Below are positions 1-10,624 of a stretch of 64,000 nucleotides of DNA, in pieces. The first letter of the stretch is position 1; each line of letters opens with the position of its first letter. Source of the DNA: Podarcis liolepis (Eukaryota); the NCBI GenBank assembly GCA_965112155.1, contig OZ218098.1; one strand, 5' to 3'. Position numbers and translations under genes: made by a program. Under the pieces are notes generated by a model, which saw only the letters and a program-made list of their open reading frames with translations, did no database searches and was not told where the DNA came from.

Positions 1-910
1 GAGCAGGTGAAGATGGTTATCACTGGTGGAAATTACTGGGATTTCTCCTTCTACCTGCCAGGCCAAACCTATTCTGAACTTGTGGACTCAGCTCAGCTGG
101 AATATGTGCTTGCCTCACTCAGGCTAAACAGAGGGCAAGATAGCAGAGCCTTTTCTCCACAGACTCTATGCATCTGCCACCCCCTTCTGTTTACTGTTGA
201 GAAGTTGCTTGGCCAATGCCTCTTTATAGCATCAGGCCTCTACTAGTCCCTTTGCTTTTCCTGAGCTGCAGAAGCACTTGCACCAAAGGAATGCTAAGAA
301 AGAAGGGGGGAACTTTGGCTGCAGTAAAAGGGCGTCTCATGCTGAACTTTGGTGCTTGACAATGACTTTCCTATTTCAGCAGGCAGTTTTTCTATTTCCA
401 GGATCAGTTTTAATTCTTATTATTCTTGTATATGTGTTGTTGTTCTAAACCCACTTAGGAATTTTGAACATTAAGTAATTTATTAATACCTGAAATAAAC
501 AAGCACTTTTAATGTATTTAAAGCATGCCCTGCCTTTTCAATTCAAAGTTTTCCAGTATGGAATCACTTGCAAATAAAACCAGAGGTATTTTGGGGCAAC
601 AATGAAATTCTTCAGCAATAATGAACTGCCTAACTCCGGGTACAGGGCCAATGCTGGAAAGGCACAGAGTCTATAGGAAAATATTTCTCAGCTGATCCTT
701 TGCTGCTCCAGAGTACTTAAATGGAAAACATGCAGGGCTCCTGTACATTCTACACGCTTTGGACTTTTACAGATTAGTTTCCAACTGTGTTCTATAATAC
801 AGTGGGTGGTGAGAGGGCCTTTCCCACACTGGAAGAGGCTGCTGGGCTCTTCTGGCCAAACGGCATTCAGACAGACAGCCCACATCTCTTGGTTCTGTGT
901 TCCCTTCCAG

Positions 911-1043
911 AGCCTCCCCAAATCGCACGTGGAGACCCGTGAAAGGCAGACAATCATCCCACATGGAATCCCCTTTATGGTTGAATTGCTGTGCTACTCT
1001 GTAAGTGAAGACTCTGTCTTCCTCCACCTGGAGCACGTGAAAG
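911..1043 (+). CDS. RPS6KL1: RPS6KL1 internal exon (SLPKSH...LEHVKG)
   Basis: ttccag acceptor at 909-910; AAG|gtgagt donor. Confidence 0.9.
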
Positions 1044-4000
1044 GTGAGTGTTAAAGGATTTGCCATTTCCCCACTCCTATTTCCCAGCCTCACCTGGGGT
1101 AAATCTTTTGCGTGCTTGAGTTTTGCGTTTGTTGCTAAATTTACTTGGTCCTAATGAAAGTCTTGCCCAACTGTGAGTTTTGGGTTGTTTTTCTTATCAT
1201 GGGCTAACATGGCTTCATTTGCTTTTTAATACAAAATGAGACCTTCGGGCAAGCTGGAGATCATGCAAAGTACTAAGACTAAGTCAGACTAAGATTTATC
1301 AGTGTGCAGGCAAGGGGAAAGAGTGGAATTATTTCTGTCCATGAACCAAATAACCCTCTGAGATACCTTGAGTGTAGCATCCACTACAGGAAGATGAAAA
1401 ATTCATTGTAGAGGATAACTCAACTGTAAACTAATTTCTCCTTCAGGGAACTGGGAATTGTGTGCACTTGCACGTAGAGCAGATTGGTTTTATGATAGCA
1501 GGAAATTGGAGTACCAGCCATCCTGTACAAAATACTGTATTTTCTCATGTATAAGACGCCCTCTATTTTTTTATCCCAAAATTAAGAAAATGCACTGTGC
1601 ACTATCCGTGTATAAGAAAACCCCTTATTTTAAACTTCAAAAATTTAGGAAAAAATATAGTCTTATACATGGGAAAATACAGTATTTCACTTCCTGCAGA
1701 TCAGGTCAGATGTTACGTTGTTGTAGTCCAAACTTATTGTTGCTAGAAGAGATCTGGATGAAAAGTGACCCATTATGCAAGTCTTTTAACAGATCAATGC
1801 TAGATCAGGCACTAGTCTGAGGAACAGGATTTTTAGGTTTCCCCCGCAGCATTTCTGCAAGTTACAGAAATGTAACATTGGAACCATCCAGTTTGCGTTT
1901 TTTGTGTGATTTCTTTTCTGCCATTCTCCATTAAATCCCAGCTGGCTTTGTGGTTTGTAGTCACCCTATAGCAGCTTGTGACACATGTTTATGGTTGCAG
2001 GTCATCCACTCTATCCTTCTTAACCTGAGTGTGGGTGGGAAACTTTTGGGCATGTGGCGTCTGATAAATTATCTTGCCAGAAACTTTTGGTTGCTTCTTC
2101 CTCTGAGAGTTGTTTGAAGAATAGTTATCCTGTGCATTCCGAATTTAGCTAATACCTCTGCCGGCCTGACTGCAGAGATATAGTAGGTTAGCAGCCTATT
2201 GAATTCCACATAATTTTTCTTCAGGCAGGAATAAAATTGGGAACACTTAAGCTTTTGTTAATCCTGCCGGGTGGGGAGGGAAAGCTTCTCTGTGCAGTTT
2301 GAAAGCTTGCTGTCTGATCTTCCTAATAGAGCTGGTTCAGTAAGAGATCAACTGAACCATTTTGCCTTCTCTCTGTCCTCTCAACCCTCTTATTCTCTGC
2401 GGCCTGGTATCAGGCTAGCAGGCAACTGTAGAAGGGATAATGGAAGAGGAGGCACAGCTGTTGAGGAACTGGAGTTGGCATGTTTCTGAGAAGCCGTTCT
2501 TCCTTCTTCCTTTTTCCCACAGGGGGGACCCTCTGGTCCCATCTTCGCTCACAGAATTGTTTCCACCATAAATCTTCCAGCACCTCCAAGACAGTGAATG
2601 CAAAGCTCAGCTTGGTCTTGAATCACACCAGTGAAGAAGGGGTCACAGGAAACCCTCAAGAAGCCGATTCTGTGTCCCAGCAGAGCTGCAATTTCTACCC
2701 TGAAAACAGTGCTAGCCAGATCCCTGCTGCTGTAAATCTGTTCAGAAGTGGTGACCACTCGTTGCCTCGGAAGAAGTCCCTTGACCATATGCATGTGAGA
2801 ACATCAACTAATGAGAAGTGGCATGTTGGACCATGGGGCATTATTGGAGGGAAGCATTTAAGTGCAACACACACTTTGTCTACACAATCTAATTTGAAAC
2901 CAGCGCACTGGGGGCATCGCTGCTTGGTCAACCAGAGGACTTTCAGGTCGTGTGACTCACTTATCAGAACTGATAGCATCAGCAGCATATCTGAGAGAGC
3001 TACCACACAGCAGGAGCCAAAACCACATGCAGGCGAGAGATCTAGCCAACATGCCTCAGAGACAGGAAGAGGATGCGTGTCAAAAACAGAAGCTCCATGT
3101 CACCGAACAGCACAGCTTGTGCATTCTCCAGCTGGCCAAAGACAGGTGCATCCTGGCATTCTTCAGCAGAACTCGTGTGGTCAGGAGAACCAACGGAATG
3201 TGACACAAGTGAAAGAAGGGAGCCTTTTGCAGGAAGAGTTGACTACTGAGCATAAACAGCACAAAAGCCAGCTGGCACCAAGGCAATATGGGTCTGCAGC
3301 GAACCAGGCTGCGCACAGGGACAGCCTTGGGGCCTGGGATGTAAGTGAGGACCAGATCCAACTTTGGGCAGCTGAACTGGTTTTGGCTTTGGAGGGTCTC
3401 CACCAGCAGGGGATCCTATGCCAGGACCTCAACCCACGAAACCTACTGCTGGATGATACTGGTACGTTTTCTCCCAAGAAGGGGCTGAATGAAAACTCTA
3501 GTCTGTCGTATTTGGTAGCTGGAGCATTTGGTTTCATCGGGAAAACATTCCAGCTCCCTCTCCCTTATGTTTGTGAGATTACAGAAAAACAAACTATTGT
3601 GAGGGGCAGGGAGAGCACACTCCCAGGGCCAAATTCCCTCAGAGAAAAGTGGTTGAGACCAAAACACACTCTCACATACACCTGTGGGGGAAGAGATGAT
3701 GAACTTAGAATCCGAGTTAGAAGGAACCACAAGGATCATCTAGTCATCTAGTCTCCCTGCAATGCAGGAAACTTTGTCCAGTGGGCTCAGACCCATGACC
3801 TGAGATGAAGTCTTGTGCTTTACCAACTTAGCATGTCATTTTTCTGTACTGCAAGAAAAGCTTCCCTGTCCTCAGGTCTATATCTCAGTTCAGTCCCATC
3901 CCATAATCAGCATTTTGGTTCTGCTAAATAACATCACTTGAACTATGTTTGTTTAGATTTCCTGTTTATTTCCTTCGGCTTACAGGGGAGCTGTGAATAG

Positions 4001-5319
4001 ACAGCACATATTGTCATTTAATAAAACAGGTGCCCAAGACTTAAACCCGAGGGCAGTTTCTGAGATTCGCAACTCAAATGGGGATTTGACAGTGTTCAGA
4101 AAGGTGACCAGCAGCTTCTGATGCCTCCTGTTTTTCTTGGCTTTGCATAACTGCTCTTGCCATTTCTGTGGGTTCATAGGTCACATCCATCTCACATACT
4201 TTGGCCAGTGGACCGAGGTGGAACCACAGTGTTGCAGTGAGGCAATGGAAGACTTATACTGTGCTCCAGGTAATGAAGACATTTGCTCTTCCCTTGACAG
4301 ATGGGGGCAAGAGGAAAGAAATATCACCCCCCATTTATTTCTTTTATATGCTTTTAAGTCATTTTATGCTGTTTTATTGGTTTTGGTTTGTATTTTTGTT
4401 TTCATAATACTGCTTTTATATTATACCCCACTTGGAAATGTTTAGATATTAAGTGGTTTATAAATGCTCTTAAATGCAATAAAACAGGCAAGCTGGCCTG
4501 ACCCGAGACACCTCTCTTTGTGACTACAGTCCTTTTAGAGCCTCTTGCTCAGATGGTTGCAGGAGATAAGGGCTTCTGGCATGGTCTTTCTGTTGCTGTA
4601 ATTCACCCTTTTTTCTCTGCAGAGGTGGGTGGAATTTCTAAGCTGACCGAAGCTTGCGACTGGTGGAGCTTTGGGGCGCTGCTCTACGAGTTACTGAGTG
4701 GAACTGTGAGTAACTAAAACTGTCATATCTAGATTGGCAAGCCAGTATTAGGAAAACAGAAAGCGTTCTAATGGCGATAGTGGTGCTACACAAAGTGATG
4801 CTGACTAGGAGCATGACAAACTACATTTGAACCTCGTTCTCTCTCCCTTCTTTGCTGCAAAGTGTAAATTTTGTTGACGTGGATCGACTGCACCATGGAG
4901 CCTACTGCTTACTTAGTTGGCATGGGCAAACTGGGTTATTTTCAGAACAGTTATCCTTAGCATTAGCAGCCTTTGCTGCAGGGTAACCTGGTTTTAATAG
5001 CTCTGTTGATCTCTTACAGTCTTTAGCCCAGAATCACCCCTCAGGGATTCATCCTCACACCAAGGTTCATCTTCCAGAAAAGCTCAGCCAATCTGCTTCA
5101 TCCCTAGTCTCCGAGGTGAGAATGCTGGCCAGTTAGCATTAGAATTGGAGAATGGCTGTGATAATGTGCATTTGGAGTCTGAACTACCGTCTCTCATTCT
5201 CTTCCCAGCTTCTGCAATATGACCCCAAGCACCGTTTAGGCTCTGGCGAAGAGGGAGTGAACAGGATCAGGGCACACCCTTTCTTCAGCACCATCCAATG
5301 GAACAAGTTAGTTGCATAA
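911..5319 (+). CDS. RPS6KL1: Ribosomal protein S6 kinase-like 1 (pseudokinase), 3' part; upstream exons lie outside the window. Exons 911-1043, 2523-3461, 4180-4269, 4623-4705, 5020-5115, 5209-5319
   Basis: GT-AG exons join in frame: [129 protein letters not shown]. Synteny with DLST matches the known block. Confidence 0.93.
1535..1682. mobile_element. Tc1/mariner-type MITE
   Basis: TIRs ctgtattttctcatgtataagac / gtcttatacatgggaaaatacag flanked by TA. Confidence 0.8.
2523..3461 (+). CDS. RPS6KL1: RPS6KL1 large exon (GTLWSHL, long insert, [14 protein letters not shown])
   Basis: tttttcccacag acceptor; G|gtacgt donor; lies within ORF 2480..3751. Confidence 0.9.
3705..3832 (-). mobile_element. 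Degenerate tRNA-Lys/CR1-tail SINE
   Basis: Reverse-strand similarity to the copy at 47735. Confidence 0.55.
4180..4269 (+). CDS. RPS6KL1: RPS6KL1 exon ([10 protein letters not shown]...LYCAP)
   Basis: catag acceptor; CCAG|gtaatg donor; phase 1-1. Confidence 0.9.
4623..4705 (+). CDS. RPS6KL1: RPS6KL1 exon (EVGG...[16 protein letters not shown])
   Basis: ctctgcag acceptor; ACT|gtgagt donor; kinase subdomain IX. Confidence 0.9.
5020..5115 (+). CDS. RPS6KL1: RPS6KL1 exon ([14 protein letters not shown]...SLVSE)
   Basis: ctcttacag acceptor; GAG|gtgaga donor. Confidence 0.88.
5209..5319 (+). CDS. RPS6KL1: RPS6KL1 last coding exon ([11 protein letters not shown]...KLVA*)
   Basis: cttcccag acceptor; TAA at 5317-5319; AATAAA repeats at about 5452-5467. 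Confidence 0.9.
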   Translation, partial: LLQYDPKHRLGSGEEGVNRIRAHPFFSTIQWNKLVA

Positions 5320-5835
5320 TAAGAACCAGAGATTTTGGGGATGGTGTGGAGCTGTGCTTCCAGAGTGCAGCACCTGGCTGATTTAACTGCTGGATTGTGT
5401 CCTTGCCAGATGGAAAACCCAAATCCTTCTAGAAGCACTTGCCTCCTGAATGAATAAATAAATAAATACATAGCCCGGGTCTTGTGGACCTGGGTGGTGC
5501 CAATAGCGCTGTTGCTCAGGGGGAAATCCACAGAGCTTGGCTGTAGATTTTTCAGCTTTGAGTTGCTCCTGTTCTGCTTCCTAGCTATAAGCCAATAGCA
5601 GCTAAAGGGATCAAATTCAGCTTTGGAAGATTTAGCCTACTGGAGTTAACCTTCTGAGCATGAACAAAGATTATGAGCATCTTGTAAGGCTGACGTAGCC
5701 AACATCCTCCCTTCCACATGTTGCTGGACTCCAGCTCCCACCATCCTCAGTCAGCATGACCAGAAGTCAGGGATGATGCCAGATGGCAATTCTGAGCAGT
5801 TGGAAGGCATCATGTTGGCTACCCCTGCAATAGAT

Positions 5836-5965
5836 TCACAGAATTGCAGAGGTGGAAGGGACAAGGGTTCCAACCCCCTGCAAAGCAGGAAACTTTTGCC
5901 CAACATGGGGCTGGAACCCATAACCCTAAGATTAAGAGCCTCATGCTCTACCAACAGAACTGTCT
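5836..5965 (-). mobile_element. tRNA-Lys(CTT)-derived SINE with CR1-like tail
   Basis: Minus strand reads ggtagagcatgaggctcttaatcttagggttatgggttccagccccatgttgggcaaaag..ttccacctctgcaattctgtga. Confidence 0.8.
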
Positions 5966-6036
5966 AGGTATGGTTTGTTTGCAGAACCAAAACATCAAGC
6001 CCTTTATTGACGCTCTCAACATAGCTTACTCTACAT

Positions 6037-6210
6037 CAGGCACGTCCAACTGGTCAATCGTGATCTACTGGTCGATCTCTGGGCGTCCCTGGTCGATTGG
6101 TGAAGGCTCCCCCCGAAAAGCTCAACAACTTTGGTCAATCCAATGGGTAGATCACTGCAGTTTTTTATAGTGGGAGTAGATCACAGTCTCTCGGAAGCTG
6201 GACATGCCTG
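6037..6210. mobile_element. hAT-type MITE
   Basis: TIRs caggcacgtccaac / gctggacatgcctg; perfect 8-bp TSD ctctacat (6029-6036, 6211-6218). Confidence 0.85.
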
Positions 6211-7368
6211 CTCTACATGATCAGTTTCCCCAAATCAGACATGGCCAAAGGTAGCTTCTCCCCATACGTTCTACTTGCTTGTTCCCCAACCGTCAATTCA
6301 GTTGAGCTTTCCAGCGATGTTCCTCGTGCCACAGCAGTATCTACTCTATCACGTATCAGCTGTCTCTCCTCCCTAATTTAACCTCGAAGCATCTTCTTCC
6401 TATACCTGCTTGACCCCGTCCCCAGCTTACCAGTGCTTTTCTGCTTAAGTACCCCAGGCGGAAGTCTTGGATTACAATCTGTATAGTTCACAGCTTGCAT
6501 GTTGCACTTGGCTTCTTCTGCAGAATGGAGACGAGCTCTTATGCAGAGGGGAAGTGAGCAAAAGGCTATTCTTGTGATTGCTCTCTGTGGATCTTCCATG
6601 TTCTTGCCAATGAACGTTTTAAAATAAAAGACTCTCAGCACAACCAAGCACTTGCGTGCGATCTTTAGCAACGCTGCTAGCTGGTTCTATTGTAATGCCC
6701 ATGCAAAGGTGTAGCTTGGCTTCCACCAGCTGAGGCAGCTCACCACTACAGGTAGATGAGGTACCTTCCTATGCAAGGTATGCTGGAAAAACATGTAAGC
6801 CAAGGTGTGTAAAATATGACTGGTTTCTGGCACAAAATATGCACACAACACTGTCTTCAGTGTTCAAAGGTGATGGGTGCGCTGTGTGTGGTTGTAAGTG
6901 TAAGGATGGGAAATACTGTTGTTGTAGGCTGTGGATTTGTCTACCCTTTTTTAAGAGGTACCAGGAGTCTTTCACACATCATGAGAATTGCTTTGGAGCA
7001 GTGGAGGTAACACCCTTCAGCCTTATTCTAAAATACTTGATGGCAATAATATGTAGCCCATTTTTCTTTCAGGAACAGCTAAGCCTTCCTGGAAGCAGCC
7101 ACTGTACTTCCTATGTGAGTCATACACACTGAGCTGTTTAGGTCCTAGTCTACGTATTCTAGGTTCCAATGGCTAAACATTGCAACATACCGTAGTTCAA
7201 TACCATTTTTCTTTGTATGGTATGTATAAATAGATTTCTGGGCAGCTGCAGTAGCTGTTCTCAACAGTAGCCCAAGTCCTCCAACACACATTTCTAAACT
7301 TAAATTGAGAAACTCTTTGCATCTTTAGCCCAAGTAGATATTGCAAATTGATCCCCAATGAGCATATA

Positions 7369-7576
7369 CAGTAGTACCTCGGGTTAAGAACTTAATTCAT
7401 TCTGGAGGTCCGTTCTTAACCTGAAACTGTTCTTAACCTGAAGCACCACTTTAGCTAATGGGGTGTCCCACTGCCGTCACAATTTCTGTTCTCATCCTGA
7501 AGCAAAGTTCTTAACCCGAGGTACTATTTCTGGGTTAGCGGAGTCTGTAACCTGAAGCGTACCCGAGGTACCACTG
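7369..7576. mobile_element. Tc1/mariner (Tigger/pogo-like) MITE
   Basis: TIRs cagtagtacctcgggt / acccgaggtaccactg; TA TSD; same family as the copy at 16582. Confidence 0.88.
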
Positions 7577-8987
7577 TATAGGATGAACATCGGACAAATT
7601 CAGCAGCTGACTTTTCATCTGAAAACATTTCAGGCCTCTTACATCATAGCTGTACAGTGAGAAAGTGTATAGCTCACATAGAACAAACAGACCAGAACCA
7701 ATGATCTTAATAATAATAAATAGGTGTCTCAATCCTGATGCTTTATAGCAGCACTTGACATTGTATATGCTTCTTGCAAGACAACTGCTTGAGATTAGTA
7801 TGTCTGCTATGGATGGTGATTAGTTTTGGTAAAGAAAGTAGGCCTGATTCACAGTCCTTCGTACAGAGAAGCTGATTGTAAAACTACTTCCCCTGTTGCT
7901 ACCAGTGCTATTCACCTGTTGAAGGCTAGAAAGGGTACCCAAATTGATAGGAGGACATACATGAGAACCTAGATTATTTAATTTCCTTGGGATTCTCCCG
8001 ACCTCCAGGTAGCTCTACAAACTACAGAGTTTGCTCTCTTCCTCCTATGAGATGCTTTTGACTAATAAAGTCTTTTCTAGTTCTGTCCCATTAAAACTTG
8101 AGAGCAGGTGCAGAGGCACGGCAGAAAGTACACCAAACATCAGCCAACACAATACGAGTCACAGAGCTAACTATTGCTTTGGTTTAAATCAAGCTTTTTA
8201 GGTACCTATATACCACTGCAGCTGTGCTTCAATCCAATGTTTCAAGAGTAGAAAAATCTGCATTAGCAACCCGTGACCATATTGCCAACTGCAGCATCTC
8301 AAGCCAATCTGAAGAGCATTCAAATGGGGGGGGGGGAGGGGGGAGGAGCTGAGAAGGACGCACCTACACTGCTTTTGGTTTAGGAACATGACACTTGTGG
8401 GTACCATAGCACCCTCAGACATCTTCCTTTGTCTCTCCCATTAAAAAAAAAAAAAGAACTGTTTTTGGTTTGGGGGAATTGACTAAAAAATAATACTGTG
8501 TGTTTTGAGTTGTATGAAGCCATTTTGCCTTGAAGGGCTGGGGAACAAGTAGTCTCCCTGCTACATAAAATATAACTATGGCAGACTATTGTGACTGCTG
8601 CCTTCAAAGATCCCAATCTCTTTCCTGTTTTTGGCTACCAAAATCCTTTAAGGGGACAGCATAACATTTAAAACATCTAATGTAGGCACACTCCAAAATC
8701 TTCCCAACAGATGCAGAGCTTGAAGTCATAATTTACTGTCATGTCTAAACCAGGCAAACTATGGTTTGCTTGCAAACCAAGATGACAAATCAGTCTGAAC
8801 TAGGATTGTGGGCAAACTATAGTTTTCTTGCCTTGGCTATAACGCCAAGCTATGGCTTTTTATTTAACAGTGAATGGACTGGGGTGGGGGGGTCATGTAA
8901 GACAGAGTTTGTTCACATAGCCCCCGTGATTTGGCATTACATCTGAACTGATCTAGAATGAGGCAGATCACATACACTGACAGTTCT

Positions 8988-9153
8988 AATAAAAAAATTC
9001 CTTCCAGTAGCACCTTAAAGACCAACTAAGTTAGTTCTTGGTATGAGCTTTGGTATGAGCTTGGTATGAGCTTAGTTCTTGGTCTTTAAGGTGCTACTGG
9101 AAGGAAATTTTTTTATTTTGACTATGGCAGACCAACACGGCTACCTATCTGTA
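8988..9153. mobile_element. Truncated Penelope-like element terminus with inverted duplication
   Basis: About 40-bp inverted arms (ttccttccagtagcaccttaaagaccaa / ttggtctttaaggtgctactggaaggaa); 12-bp TSD actgacagttct; family assignment recalled from squamate PLE termini. Confidence 0.65.
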
Positions 9154-9353
9154 ACTGACAGTTCTGTTACCCAGAAGTGAGTTATCTAATTTATGCCATC
9201 TGTACTAAACTCAGAAAAACTTGGGCAAACTCAGCTCAGGTTCTGTTCCTTTGAAGGTGTTCCTCAATTGCTTATAAACATGTCTTACCCTAAGTATCAC
9301 CCCACTGTATTTCATTTCTCCCATTCATACATACACACACATAATTTCCTTGT

Positions 9354-9392
9354 TTTATTTTGTTTAAAATCTGTCATGTTAAATACTTTAAT
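9354..9392 (-). terminator. Candidate DLST polyadenylation signals (ATTAAA about 9387-9392, AATAAA 9354-9359)
   Basis: Hexamers about 1.1 kb after the DLST stop, followed by TG-rich sequence on the minus strand. Confidence 0.5.
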
Positions 9393-10489
9393 TACAAGTT
9401 CTGTGCGGCGAACAAGAGTAATAAACCCTGCAGGCACTAGCAACCCTCTCACTCAACAATATATGTGCACGCTATTGTACTAAGGATATGTCCCCATGAA
9501 CCAGCAAGCCTTAGGCTAGGATACATGCCACACAAGACAACCTAGTCCCAACCTACATTACCATACCATTGCAGTCACGAAGTTGATAAAACCATTCAAT
9601 GAGGATTAGATGGAACGTAGGACAGCCACCGAAGGTTGCCATCTCCCCCTAATCCCCAGCAGCCAGTCAACTTGAACTGGACCTGACAGCGAGATGGGAC
9701 ACCCATTCTGCCCTACCAGAGGCTTAGAACGAAAGAAACAACTTCCAAGTGGGAGAGGGAGAGAGCTGCTACTGCCACTTCCTTGCTTGGGAAGGGATGA
9801 GGCAGAGGAAGGTCCCTGAAAACAATCCTTAGAACTGCCCCTCACTACTAGGAGAGGATCTAGATAATGGCTGGGGAGGCAGTAACCCCTGCGAGTGCCT
9901 CATCCCGTTAAGGTCAAAAAACCCACAAGGTGGCTGGAGTGCAGATTTACTCTCTGTTACTGGAGGCATGTAAGATCAGGCACAGCAACTGAATCGCCCT
10001 AGAGGGCCTCAGGCTAGCTTCGCTGTTCCAAAGATCTAGAGCCTTCAAGTGGAGCAGAGACCAGCCTTTCCCCTCCAACAGCTGCCGCCATGATACTGAA
10101 TTAAAGCTGAGTTTCTGTGCAAGAGCTGCTCAGGAGGGAAGCTCTAGCTAAACAGCAGGCAGCTTCTGTTCCCATAAGATCGAGAGGGAGAGAGAGAGAT
10201 GAGGCTATGTCTGTTTGGAGCAAGAAGAGGGGAAATGGTAGGTTACATCTGAACAGGTAATGACACCTGCTTGTCTGCCCTGGGAAGAAAATGAACCATC
10301 TTTGGAAGAGGCAGGAAAGGTGGGTGGCACACTACCCTCGGGGGTTCCTTTCAAAGCACCTCCTGCCACTAGGGGAAGGAGATGACTGGAATGAAGCCCT
10401 GCTGATTCCTGAATGTCCTCTGTTCCATCTGCTGCTGCTGCTGCTGCGTCCTTGCTCTACTGGATGGGGCAGGTGGGGGCTGCTGTTCT

Positions 10490-10624
10490 TTACAGGTCAA
10501 GCAGCAGCACACGAGGATCTTCCACCACAGCCTTGATCTTGCGCAGGAAAGTCACCGCCTCTCTGCCATCAATCAACCGGTGGTCGTACGTCAGGGCCAC
10601 ATACATCATTGGGCGCACCTCAAC
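10490..10624 (-). CDS. DLST: DLST exon 15 coding part ([24 protein letters not shown]...LLLDL*)
   Basis: Catalytic His motif DHRLIDG; TAA at 10490-10492. Confidence 0.97.
   Translation of the reverse strand, partial: VEVRPMMYVALTYDHRLIDGREAVTFLRKIKAVVEDPRVLLLDL

Noticed and set aside
3462-3751. C-terminal extension of the 423-aa ORF
   Set aside because: It is intron read-through past the 3461 donor, and its end overlaps a decayed SINE.
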